A DNA stretch of 60,713 nt, the filler included, from Diploschistes diacapsis (taxonomy: Eukaryota), in the NCBI GenBank assembly GCA_023645945.1. It is 9 parts of 9 records of this genome, joined end to end, with 100 filler letters (N's around TTAATTAATTAA, not from the genome) between each part and the next. Parts side by side here need not be neighbours in the genome. Positions count along the whole stretch, not along the records: positions 8,561 to 35,126 come from JALAIB010000176.1; 8 more parts are not named here. One strand, 5' to 3'. Below, in pieces: positions 11,174 through 22,954 of the stretch; position 1 is the stretch's first letter, and each line of letters begins with the position of its first letter. Made by a program: the position numbers and the translations under genes. Under the pieces are notes generated by a model that made no database searches, had not been told where the DNA came from, and worked only from the letters and a program-made list of their open reading frames with translations.

Positions 11174-14161
11174 CTACTTCGGTCTCTTAAAAGGATGCGC
11201 CTCGGTATTGCTAGAAACCGTTAGTTCGGGCATAACACTTGATAAGAAGCTGACGTACAAGACGTAGTCGTCCAAGCTTATATGGCTGGGAGGACTGAAA
11301 AGAAGATAGAAATATTTCAAAGTCTCGGCCAGCCAGAAAGACTCCGTCTGATCCTTGTGGTTCTTCGTCCAGTCTGGCCGCATAACGTCGTGGATGGCGG
11401 AGTATCCATATTCGGTGCGAGTTGCCTCTTGGATGGACTGCCACATTTTCCACCCTTTTTCTCGCCATTTCTCATCCCCAGTGAGCCGGTACATGATGAA
11501 GACAGACTCGATTGCTTCGGGTCGCAATATGTAGTCTTTGGATCTCACCGAAGACATGCCAACCGGCAGTCTCTCCTGTCTGATGAGTCTTTCCACATAC
11601 TCTTCGTGTGTTGGATAACGGTTGGCGGCCTCGTAGGGCGCAGCTGGCTCTCCGTCTACAACAGAAGCCTGTCCGAGCTGCGCCTTCGATGTAGGTGGTG
11701 GTGATTCAGTCTTTTTGGTCTGCTCTGGTGGCAGGTTTTGCCTCTTGGCGATAGGCCCGGTCGTTGGTATCTCATCTGATTTCAGCTCTATCCCTGCACC
11801 AGATGCTTGACCAGCGCCCGCATCTGGTACCAGATCTGACCCCCCATTCAGCACTTGATTTGTTCCTGGGCCAGTTGCTTGCCCTTGCTCCAGGCCATTA
11901 GCGCCAGCGTCTTCTGTTCTCTTCTCTGCCTCAGCTTCTAGCAGCAGTCGCTTGGTCTCGAGCGCAAGTTCTCGTTCCTTCATCTCCCGCTGGTTTTTCT
12001 CTCTCTGCTCTCTGTAAGGGTCAAGCGCATTGTACCAAAGCGTCTGGTTCCATTGACAGTCGGTCCGGCTTTCGCAAGGTATCAAGGACATCAGCTCCGG
12101 CATGATACCGGTCTTTGTGGCCTCATACGCCCAAACGCAGGCGTCGGTGAGCTTCTCGGCTATTTCCATGTCCGCTTCTCGCCCAAAAATCTTAGAGCCA
12201 ATGCCCCACATACCACCCGCAAAGCAGAGAAGATGGGATTGTTCCGGCACGAGCTTGAACAACCGGTCGGGGTCTTCCATCCAATTGGCCTGTGCATTTG
12301 CGGATCCGACAACTAGGATTTCTCTGTCGTTGTCTGGGATCATGGGTCTGAAGAGGAGATACTCGTTGGCTGCGTCAATGGCGCTTTCGTACATCTTGCG
12401 ATACTGGGGCACTTGACCGCCCAGAAGCATGTACTGCTTCGGCAGGTACTCGTACGTAGAATCGGCTGCACCACCAAATGAGAAATGCTCGCTAAGGACA
12501 TTAGGCGGTGAAGATAGACCTTGCGGCTGGCAATCCACTTTGTCCGCTGGAAAGTTGTTGTGCTGAGTGGGATCTTGGCCTGGAGAGGACATGTAGCCGG
12601 ATGGCTTTTCGCTGGATGCGTCCATATCAAGCTGCCGTTTATGCAGCTGCTGATCGTTGGCAGCATGTCCGGCATTTCCGCCAACGGTCCTTTCGGGCCA
12701 ATCGTCGACCCGAGACCTTTCCTGCACTTGGCCTGGTGTAGTAGGGATGGTTCTGTCTATCCGTGGCCTGGATAGAACAGGAACCTGATGGGACTGATCT
12801 TCAGGCAATTGAGGCAAATGCTCGGGCTTCTTGCAACCTGATGTATCAATGACTTTTGGCCACAGACCCGGAATCTTCGTCTCTGGCTGAAACTGCTCGA
12901 GCTCGTTGGTGATGCGCGCAATTGCATCATAGTACCCGTTTTTGCCCGTGATCTGGGCTAGTCGAGTAAACTCCATCGAAAGTGAGCCAAGCTCGGCAAG
13001 CACGGTCCGTGAACTGGCCCGATGAGGGTTAGAGGCAAATGTGGGCTTCCAGAAATAGTACATGATGGGCATACGATTCGGCGTGTCGAAAGCCCCCATG
13101 ATGATGTCGGCGAGCTCAATAGCCTTGTTCATGATGATTTGGTACTTCCCATGGCTGAGGTCGTGGGCGGATAGTAGTCCACCCAGGTAACGAATTGTAG
13201 TCTCAAACACTGGAAGATCTGACCTTGGTGAAGTAGTGAAGTCAACCTGCGAGAGTGCTTCCGTAGCTTCTATGAACTCTTCATCGAGCCCCATAATTAC
13301 CAGCGTGTCCAGAGCGTCAACCAGCGTAGCAGCCCATGAGCAAAAGGGGTCCCTAAAGCCTCCTGTCACAGGCTTGATCTCATCGTGCAACCATGCGTGT
13401 TCGCGATAGCCTTTCCACGAATGCTTAAATGCCTCCTTGATAGTATTTCTCTTCTCCTCTCGTTCAATCTTAGCAGCAGAGGATTCATCCTTGAACGCGA
13501 ATTGTATCTTGGGTATCGGTTTGGGTTTGCTGGTGGGCAAAGGAATGAGAGTATCACTCGGTACGGGGAAATGCTCGGGGAAGCGACTCCAGTGAATCGG
13601 CTTCCCCGATAGAGGAGGAGGGACCTCATGTCGACCTTTCCCTCCGAGCCCGAAGGTACCATCTTTGTCTTTCCCATTCACAACTTCCACTGAGTTGTCA
13701 AGCGTGATACTCGGCTCAGCTGCCGTACTTGTTGAGGATGTGCTTATCGACGATAAATGGACCGATGTCGCGGCAGACTTCGCCGCCAAAGATTCACTCA
13801 CTGTGTCTGTGCTCGCGGTATTCGACACTCCCCCTCTTGTACTCTGGAACGAGCTTTCTGCTGTGGCCTCGGAAGAGGCTGGCGTTACCAAAGAGGACGT
13901 TCTTATTGTTGTTGTTGTTGTGGTTGCATGTGTTTCTGTAGTCTTTTGCTCGATTTTGAGTATCTCAGGTCCGCCCGTAGTCTTGGGATCTGTGTTTGCT
14001 TCCGGAAACTTTTCTGCTGTATTTTCTGAGCTGCCACCATAGGTCGGCGCCCCCACTAGGGTTGAATCGTCCCAGTACCGGAGCGACCTGAAGTGATAGA
14101 GAGCCCCGACAGCAAATACGGCGAGGACAAAAAAGACCCTGTAGCGGCGGTAGCGGACCAT
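11174..14161 (-). CDS. Class I alpha-1,2-mannosidase, glycoside hydrolase family 47 (type II membrane protein)
   Basis: N-terminal TM segment (RVFFVLAVFAVGALY) and an S/T-rich stem. GH47 motifs HDEIKPV, ATLVDALDTL, VFETTIRYLGGLLSA, AELGSLSMEF, DSTYEYLPK, LRPEAIES, ESFWLAETLKYFYL, NTEAHP. A 48-nt in-frame intron near the 3' end. Confidence 0.95.
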   Translation of the reverse strand: MVRYRRYRVFFVLAVFAVGALYHFRSLRYWDDSTLVGAPTYGGSSENTAEKFPEANTDPKTTGGPEILKIEQKTTETHATTTTTTIRTSSLVTPASSEATAESSFQSTRGGVSNTASTDTVSESLAAKSAATSVHLSSISTSSTSTAAEPSITLDNSVEVVNGKDKDGTFGLGGKGRHEVPPPLSGKPIHWSRFPEHFPVPSDTLIPLPTSKPKPIPKIQFAFKDESSAAKIEREEKRNTIKEAFKHSWKGYREHAWLHDEIKPVTGGFRDPFCSWAATLVDALDTLVIMGLDEEFIEATEALSQVDFTTSPRSDLPVFETTIRYLGGLLSAHDLSHGKYQIIMNKAIELADIIMGAFDTPNRMPIMYYFWKPTFASNPHRASSRTVLAELGSLSMEFTRLAQITGKNGYYDAIARITNELEQFQPETKIPGLWPKVIDTSGCKKPEHLPQLPEDQSHQVPVLSRPRIDRTIPTTPGQVQERSRVDDWPERTVGGNAGHAANDQQLHKRQLDMDASSEKPSGYMSSPGQDPTQHNNFPADKVDCQPQGLSSPPNVLSEHFSFGGAADSTYEYLPKQYMLLGGQVPQYRKMYESAIDAANEYLLFRPMIPDNDREILVVGSANAQANWMEDPDRLFKLVPEQSHLLCFAGGMWGIGSKIFGREADMEIAEKLTDACVWAYEATKTGIMPELMSLIPCESRTDCQWNQTLWYNALDPYREQREKNQREMKERELALETKRLLLEAEAEKRTEDAGANGLEQGQATGPGTNQVLNGGSDLVPDAGAGQASGAGIELKSDEIPTTGPIAKRQNLPPEQTKKTESPPPTSKAQLGQASVVDGEPAAPYEAANRYPTHEEYVERLIRQERLPVGMSSVRSKDYILRPEAIESVFIMYRLTGDEKWREKGWKMWQSIQEATRTEYGYSAIHDVMRPDWTKNHKDQTESFWLAETLKYFYLLFSPPSHISLDDYVLYVSFLSSVMPELTVSSNTEAHPFKRPK

Positions 14162-14918
14162 ATCCGCGATGGTGAGCAAACAATGCGGAGGCGCGTACCG
14201 CTGATACAGAACCTCGTTAGGCTAACATTGCCGTAGCCTGCCGCGAAGTCGGCGCAGATTGTCAATCAGGCCATGAAGCGAAAGAAAGTCATGGAAAATA
14301 GTCTGGCAAGGACATGATGAGAGGATAAGGTGGGAAGTAGGAGCCATAAAGGGTTTTATGTATATTCATATTCTTGGCTTTCTCTTGGGGGTCGAGGGGT
14401 GTGAAAGCGGATGCTCTTGGCGCAATCTCTGAAGCTTACTTGTATCTAGTAAGAATATAAGCACGCGACCACTCAGGCTATATGGTATATATCGTATATG
14501 GGTATTTAGTTTGCCGCTCCTATTATTATAGTGCAGGTGCCACTAACCGTCAATAAGTTATAGAAACCAAAAACGCCCGATCAAAGTCAAAATAATACGT
14601 TCTAATGCAGAAAATTTACTTTGTTGGCGGATTACGGTCTGATGCACCACAACTCACCATTCTTGGCTCTTGGAAACAATGCTACCAGGGCTGCCTGGAC
14701 TTCATGTTGCTTCCTTCCAACAAACCTCTTTCAGGTATCATTTTACTACGGGAGATAATAGAACTCGTTGTATGCGTTTTTAGGGAGGTTCATGAGTGCT
14801 ACATATCTACCCGTCATCACGCCCCACACGGAGACAAAGGCAGTTGCTGCTACCGATCCATGCTGGGAGGCTAAGATGTGCCCTAAATAACACATTTCCC
14901 TATTGCTGTCACAATCCA

Positions 14919-17002
14919 CTAACCCTCGCCCTCACCAGGCCCTGGTGGCCCTTGCCGACCCTGCAGTCATCAGTCCAGATTCATCATCGCCAGTTGTGCA
15001 TGTACTCACCATCTGTCGTGCTTTCAGGAGTTCATCGCAGAGCAAAAGATTCGACGCGATGCCGGTACTTGAAGCAATGCAGTTCCTAAGTACCCGGAAC
15101 GAGTCATAGACGCCCTCAAGGACAGGATCCATCGTCTCGCCGTCAGCAAGGTTCAGCCCAACCGGAGCGCCTTCTGATTCTGCGTATTCGTCTTGTAACC
15201 TCGCCACTAAGATAGTATTAGCTGTGCGAAGGGCAGCTGCAAGTCCATCACTCACAGCTATCTTGAATATCGTGACCAGAATTCGCCGCCAAGGTCTTGG
15301 GTATCACCAGTAGGGCGTCGGCGAATGCGGAGACTCCGTACTGCACCTTGCCCTTGACCTGCTTCCTGAAGGCGTCGCTCGAAAGCCTAGCAGCGCAAGC
15401 GACTTGGAAAGCACCGGCGCCAGGCACAACGCTCTTGTCCACCATCATATTGTAGACGCTGCGGAGGCCGTCCCGTACGGCATCGGTAATTTGCGTTATT
15501 GTGTGCGAGTTAGGTCCTTTAATCAGTAGAGTCACCGACTTAGGGTCCTTGACTTCCTCCTACTCGCTGTCAGAGCTCCGTTGAGAAAGACTTGGGGGAT
15601 GTAGCAGAAGCTTACCACAAATGTGTATTTCTCTTCACCCAACTGGTGCTCATAAACTAGGCCTGCCCACCCCAGAACGTCAGGGGTGAGGTCCTCCACA
15701 CTGTTCTGGGCCGAGCCTCCGCAGACGAGTTGTAGACGTTCCATATTCCTTCGTTTCGCTCTGCGAAGCGCAAAAATGCCATTCTTGACTAGCACGTCAA
15801 GACTCAAAGGATCTATTCCCTTCTGGTTGATAACAACGAAACTCTTCTTGGCATCATTCCCACAGACCTCTTTCTTTAAATCGACAATCTTGCGAAGTTT
15901 CTCGTCAACAAATCTCCTCTCACTCTCCACAAGCTTTTCTCGCTGCTCAGCGCTCGAGTAGTAGAAGCCAGAGTTGATCTCGGACTTCTCATATTCTAGG
16001 CTAACGTTTAACGTCAAGATATAAGCATTTTCGACACGCTTGGCCATGTCTGGATGCCGCGCTCCGTGGTCTAATACGAGTCCTTTGATGAGCTGTGTTT
16101 CGGAAGCTGTTCGGTGCTGCATTTTCATAATTTCGATCATGTGCAGATCAGGCTTTGCTGGGGGATGGTATATCGAGAGCACGGCGTCAACGGTCGCCGG
16201 AGTTAGCTTGTCAGCTAGTGAACCGTTGAGTTTTGTAGACAGCGAGGTTCGAGCCACGGACAACAGCAATTCCCTCTCTGGCTCCTTTTCGATTTTGAAC
16301 TCGTCGAGAAACTAAGGTGCAATGAGCCACATATTTTGCTTGTTTTCGATGATTAGGATTACCCTCAGCGCCTCAGTCTTTGCGATTTCGTATCCATCCA
16401 CTATTATACGTGGGTGAAGGCCCTCGCTTATGTATCGGTCCGCCTGCTTCAGCAGCTCGCCAACCATGAGGACGACCGAAGTCGTACCGTCTCCTGTGAT
16501 GTCGTCTTGTGCAGTAGCTGCTCGGGCGATCATGACCTGATATATAAGTGTCTGGAGAATTAGATTAATAGCGAACATACGGCTGTGGGGTTTTGTATTT
16601 GCTAATCATAGTGTCAACCGTAAATTGACCATACAGATTCTACACGCTACTCACCATTTCTCTTAGTAAGACATTCCCATCCTTTGTCAACTTGATCTGA
16701 CGAGCACGGTAAGCTTTGGAGTCGTAATCAGTGCGAAGGGCGTTTGCCGTACCTGCCCAGAGCCATCCACAAGCCTGCCAAAAGTTAGAAACATCCCTGA
16801 CAGCTCCTCAGAGAGACTGACATCTTAATAGTCCCGGATGGCCCCAAATTCGACTTCAGCACATCCTGCAAGCCTTCGCCGGCTGAGATATTTACTTTCA
16901 AAGCCTCGGCGCGCCGCTGTGCTAGTTAGCGAAGTCCACTCAAGGCAGTTGGAAACCTACACGAGATTCGGCCTTGGGATTAAGAAGCTGCGTCGCCGAC
17001 AT
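14919..17002 (-). CDS. CCT6: T-complex protein 1 subunit zeta (CCT/TRiC)
   Basis: [14 protein letters not shown]..., [75 protein letters not shown]. Ten exons reconstructed, including 21-22 nt microexons; ends ...GPGEGEG* at 14919. Confidence 0.96.
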
Positions 17003-17423
17003 ATTGGGTCCTATGTAAGCGTTGATAAAAGGTTTCTATGGAGTCGCGGTCTGTAGCCGGTTGGGAGCTTCAATAAATTTTGGGCCTGCATTTAAGTTAC
17101 AAGCATGGATTAAGCTTGCTCACCCTCACAGACCCCACTATCACCTGGTATGGCCTAGCGTGGTAAACTGCTTTACCATACCACTACTAGCGCACAAATA
17201 CTCTGCTTTTCTGTAATTTTCGTGCCAAGCTCGGTGTTTATCTTTTTCTTCCCAATTTCTCGTGCGCTTGAGCTCAAATTGTGAGCTTCCATCAATCACT
17301 CTTTCCACTAATTGTGGGCGAACACCTATACCGCTAGAAATCAGCAGCCCTCGTTGAAAGGCATTCTGCTGAATTCACAGACACCCGATTTCCCGACGAT
17401 TCAAAGCTCCACCGGCTTCGACC

Positions 17424-19052
17424 ATGTCGGTCGACTACCTCTTGCACGAGTCCTCGGCGGGCTATGCGATTTTCAAGGTTTCTCATCAGACTGACACAGT
17501 TGGTAATCGGCTTAAAGAGGTCCAAAATGCGGTTCATGACTTGGCGAAGTTTGGAAAGGTGGTGAGGTTGGTCAGCTTCGCGCCATTTCAGGGTGCAGCG
17601 CAGGCACTTGAGAACGCCAATGATATATCGGAAGGTATCGCCTCGGAGTACCTCAGGTCTCTACTGGAGATAAATCTCCCGAAAGCTGGAAAGAAGAACA
17701 AGATCGTGCTTGGTGTATCAGACAAGGCCCTGGCTGGTAGTATCAAGGCAGCTTTTCCGGGTCTTGAGTGCGAGACAGCAGACTCGAGCGAAATAGTGGG
17801 CGACATGCTGCGCGGTATCAGACAGCATTCGCATAAGCTACTCAAGCAACTGCAGGATGGGGATATCGAGAGAGCACAGCTTGGCCTGGGTCACGCATAT
17901 TCAAGAGCAAGGGTCAAGTTCAGTGTACAGAAGAACGACAACCACATCATCCAGGCCATCGCAACTCTAGATAATATGGATAAAGCCATCAATACCTTCT
18001 CGCAACGGGTAAGAGAATGGTATTCTTGGCATTTTCCGGAGCTTATCAGAATCGTGTCCGAGAATCAGCAGTATGCGAAACTCGCACTATTCATTGGCGA
18101 CAAAAAGCGCTTAACAGACGAAAGTCGCGAAGAGATTGCTGCCCAAGTCAATGATGACGAGGAAATGGCACAAACCATCATCGACGCCGCAAAAGTCAGC
18201 ATGGGCCAAGATCTCTCAGAAATCGACATGGAGAATGTAACAGCATTCGCGAAACGAGTCGTCAACTTGACGCAATACCGCAAGGCCCTATATAGCTATC
18301 TAGTCTCCAAGATGGCCGTCGTCGCGCCTAATCTGGCCACTTTAATCGGCGAAGTCGTCGGCGCAAGACTGATCGCTCGCGCCGGCAGCCTCTCGAACCT
18401 GTGCAAGTATCCAGCATCAACGGTACAGATTCTCGGCGCCGAGAAAGCTCTCTTCCGCGCTCTCAAAACAAAAGGAAACACGCCCAAGTACGGCCTCATC
18501 TACCATTCCTCCTTCATCGGTCGAGCAAGCCAAAAGAATAAAGGCCGCATCTCCCGCTTCCTGGCAAACAAATGCTCCATTGCTTCACGGATAGATAATT
18601 TCTCTGAAACGCCAAACACCAAGTTCGGAGCCGCGTTAAGAAACCAGGTCGAGGAACGCCTGGAATTCTATGCCTCGGGCACTGCACCGACAAAGAACGA
18701 AATAGCTATGGTATAGCCTCCCTTCCGATCCCTTCTTCCTCCTCTTAGTCCTATATTTGCTGACGTTGAACAGAGAGGAGCAATGGACGCCCTCCTCGAG
18801 GATATTGACATCGCAGACCCCACCGCCGACGCTGACAAAGATGAGGAGATGGCAGACGTGGCGCCACGGGCACTGCAGAGGCAGGAAAAGAAGAAGAAGG
18901 ATAAGAAAGAGAAGAAGGAAAAGAAGGAGGAGTCGGAGGAGAAGAAAAAGAAGAAGCGGAAGGTTGAGGAAGCCGGGGCAAATGGAGTTGGCGAAGTGGT
19001 AGGGGAGAAGAAAAAGAAGAAGAAAAGCAAGGAGGCCACGACTGCTGCGTGA
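17424..19052 (+). CDS. NOP56: Box C/D snoRNP protein Nop56
   Basis: YLLHESSAGYAIF, LGLGHAYSRARVKF, RVREWYSWHFPEL, PASTVQILGAEKALFRALKTKGNTPKYG. Intron 18711-18773 leads into a KKE/D-rich tail. Confidence 0.96.
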
Positions 19053-19804
19053 ATGCTTTGATGGATGTGGGGAAGAAATGATTGGAGTGGGAAACGATGC
19101 TATGCAAGGCGTTATGTGGCAAACTACTGGTGATATGAATGCTGGACAAAGTGGGCTGGCATAGCTATGTATCATTTCAAGCAGTGAGAAGTTCCTGATC
19201 AGGTATCTAACTGAGTACCTCGCATCACTGTGCTATGTTTAAGCCTTTTCACCGACGCCTAATTTACAAGCGAGTAGAACTCCAAAACTTCTTGCTCCAA
19301 AAACAAGGTATCATATTCCTTAGTGATCATGGCCTTCTTACTTACATGCAGAAGCCCGCTTTTGAAGAAACCAGAACTCAAAGCTCCTTTCCTGTGGTTG
19401 AATACTAGTAGCTGGGCAGACGTGATCAAATAACGATCATTGGCATACTAAACACAACCTTCATTATGTTGTGCCTACACAAAAGCTTGGGGGGGGAGGG
19501 GGGGGTAAAATGAATCTGAAAGCTCTGGCGAGGGCTTCAAGCATTTCATGTTATCAAGTCCACCGCGTTTTTCTCCGTCCCGAGGCAGCATCATAGCCCC
19601 CCTTTGTATCTTGCAAGCATTCATCCAGAAGTTTCCGGGGTCCATCCCCAACCACCACTATATATACAATAAATAGCATGGGCACTATGAGTTATTTCAA
19701 ACTGGATTGCGCAGAGTCAAACCCACTTGACACCAAACATGCCATTTCCTGAACCTTACTGAGGACTTACTTTCCCTGAGCCCTCACGAAGACAAAGTCT
19801 ATAC

Positions 19805-22043
19805 TTACGCTTCCATCCCTACCTCCAAGCTTAGCCCCAACCTTGCATTCTCCACCGTCTTGACCCCCACGCCCTTCAGCCTCCCCAACTCCGCCAAGCT
19901 CCCAACCGCCATCTCCTTCCCCTCCCCGTCGCCGACACGCAAGGCCTCAACAATGCCCTCAGCCTTCTTGGCGCCGACGCCCTTCAGCAAACGAATCTGC
20001 GAGACCTCGCGGGTGTTGATGATGAAAAGTACATGTTTCGTGCGCGGAGTTTGGTCGGAGGGCTCGTCAGTTGATGAGGGTGGGGCTGAGGCTAAGGGGC
20101 GTACGGTGGAGTGAGGTTTTGAGAGTGGTTTTTTGGGGCGAGATTTGGTTCTAGGGGCATCGGAGTCAGGTTCGCTGTCGGTGTCGGCGCGGTCGGGCGC
20201 GTGGAAAGAGCCATCTGCGTCGTGCGGTTGGGGGTTTTGCATCAGTTTTCTTGGTGGAGGGGCAGATGAAATGTGATCGATGGGAGTATGAATCGATGTT
20301 GTAGGCTCCATTGAAGTTTCTCTATTTGTTGTTGAGCAAGCTGTTCGTTTCTTCTGTGCGATCTTGTCCCTCAGCTTTGTAATTTTGCCCTCTAGCTTCG
20401 CGTTCCCAGGAAAATACTCCCTTGCAAGCTCGTACATCTTCAGTGCGCTAGAGTCTTCCCCGCGCGCTTGGTGCTGCTTGGCCATAAGCAAGAATGACAG
20501 ACCTTCTGCTCTTTCGTCATCTTGACCTTCTAATTTCTTCTCTAGCGAGTCTAGTCGCTTCTTGACATCTTCACTGATCTCGGCGGTTGGAGCGGTTGAC
20601 TGGTCCATTGCACGTGCCGCGAGCATTTGAGTTACTTTCTTTTCTACCATGTCTTCGATGGTGGATTTAGATATCGTTGATTGGGCGGGTCTGGCGACTT
20701 TTGAAGGTCTTGGTGGGTTTAACTGGTGATCTGAGGGGCGTTTCAAGGGTGAAGAGCGTTTAGGTTGGCGGTTGTTTAAGCTGGATCTGGATTTATCGGA
20801 GTAGACTGAGAAGGCCTTGGCTGGCTTGACCGAGGCCTTTTCATCTTTTGCGGCTTCTGAAACAAGCCGTATATTTGCGTTGTTGCTGGCATTTGTCAGT
20901 AGTCGTAGAGGTTGTCGTTGAAGCGTTGTGCCGACAAATGCTCCTACTGGCCTTGAGCATCCTCTGTAGACGGGCTCGTTTTCGACCTCTCGTACTTCAA
21001 TTTTCTTTGTCCGGTTGGCAAAGTTCAGGGAGCTGAGCGTGTCCAGGTGGTAGGATCTGACTGGTGCGAGATTCAAGATCATTATAGTTAGACCGTTGTT
21101 TTGACCCAGCGACAGGATTCTAGTCATCTTGGATTCGCGGTATGGTATCCGAGACTGTTTCTTAGAAATAGCCTCCACACATTGCGCAAGAACGAAAAGG
21201 CTCTTGTTGATGCTCGAAGATTCGATTAAGCGTTCCCGATTGTTGTCCGTTCTCCGGTTGTCTTCCGAACCGGCAAGATCAATAGCTGAAGCGGTGCTTA
21301 TCCTAGTCTGATCTCCTGTTGTTACGCTAAGCTTGACACAAAGAATGGCATGAGATCTCGAGGAATGTGCATTGAGCTTTGTAGCGCTTGTAGATCGGTT
21401 GACATTTGCTTGATCGTATAGCTTCTCAAATTCCCTAAGGCTCTCGCAAGGACGCTCTGTTAACCCTACAACAACTGTTTTCCCTCCGTTATCCCGCAGA
21501 GGCAACCCAGTCAATGTTCGCTTTTCTGGTGGCTCGAATAGATCGAAAACTTTGTCGTTATATATTTCGTAGTAGCTCATTGCAACTTCAACTTGTGTTT
21601 CTCCCTTCGAATCTTTCTCTACTTTCCTAGAGCGGCGATAGATTCCGCTAAGCAGCCGAGGTATCACTCCACGATCTGCCAAAAGCTTGCCACCGCGCAT
21701 TGTGTGGGTCTTTCCCGTTCCAGTCACGCCATATGCGAAAAGGGTAACATCGAAGCCATTAAATAGATGCTTGACGGTAGGAGCAACTTTCGGTGGATTA
21801 GCCTCAAAGTCATGTCTCCACCGTAGAAGGGCTCTCTCCGAGACCCCACGTACCTTCATTATCGAACAATAGTTGTTGTGTAACGTCTGACCCGTAGACA
21901 CTATTAAATTGGAAGCTAAAGTCTTCACCCTCATTCTTCGGGTTTGGTATGCGAACAACAGAGCCATGGGCAGTAACGATTGTGTCCTTCTCTAGTTCTG
22001 AATTCAGAAGTGGCCTTATTCGAGCAACGACACGGACCGACAT
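19805..22043 (-). CDS. Kinesin-10 (Kid/KIF22-like) motor with C-terminal helix-hairpin-helix motifs
   Basis: Exon 1 MSVRVVARIRP; intron about 21789-21853; P-loop AYGVTGTGKT, SSRSHA, DLAGSED, IPYRESKMTRIL. C-terminal LKGVGAKKA and LKGVGVKT HhH motifs. Confidence 0.9.
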
Positions 22044-22954
22044 GTTAAGGCCTGTTAATGAACCGCGTATGCTTTGCGCAAGATAATCAGGAGTGACGGA
22101 AATGCGTTAGTTGCAAGAAGCCCCGTCGGCTAGCGAAGTTTCGAGGCTGATAAAGTATCACAGTCTGCTCGGCTGCGTTGCCTATGGAAACATATACGCT
22201 AACCGGGAGGGGAGATTTAAGCACCTCCTTTTCGAGGAGACGGCTTTCGACGCCCTTGAAATCATAATCATCGAGCAATTGACAACGTTCATGAAGCCAT
22301 TATATGCAGAATATATGTCTAAGCTACGCAGAGTAGAGTTATAGAAGTAATACTTACTTGATTCAAACATAGAAAGCGTGATGTAGATGTGAAGCTGAAG
22401 AGCGTAAAGCTGGAGTGTACAGATTAAAATGTGATTTTCCAGAAACCGTGAAATATATGTTCGTTTTGAAACATGGATATACACTGTAATAGGTGCTTTT
22501 ACTTCAGAGCAACGTGACTGGATTGGTCCAGTCGGCATCGGTGGCTCCCTGCTAGAGCTTTGGTTCGCGGTAGAAGAGCATCGGGGCTTTGCGATACAGA
22601 AGGGTAAGTCTGATTCTCGTTAATGTCCATAGTTTTATTTTTTTATTTTTTGGAAAGAAGTGTTTCATTCCCATAAACAATGCTAGCGAAGTAATGTGTT
22701 TCTGGTCAACGATTATGATTGCAATACATGTAAATCAAGAAAACCCCTCATCTTCAGTGGAAAAACTATGGTTCTGAATGGTGCATGCGCATATCCAAGT
22801 ACGCCTAAGAAAACACTGGGTATTATGAATATGTACAGAATGTAGGACCTCTATATCTAGATTATTGGCCCAATGCGATTGCTCCAGGACCGCTAGCTCG
22901 TGGCTCATGTTCCTCCTAACGCCAACGCGATGCAGACAAAACGATATCGACGAG

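Noticed and set aside
18636..19175. Hydrophobic Leu/Phe-rich minus-strand ORFs that look like membrane proteins
   Set aside because: They are the reverse complement of the AAG/GAG-rich KKE tail of NOP56.
22087..22777. Short ORFs between the kinesin and DnaJ genes
   Set aside because: No recognisable motif, mostly non-ATG starts, and they overlap in conflicting frames. More likely promoter and 3' UTR sequence.
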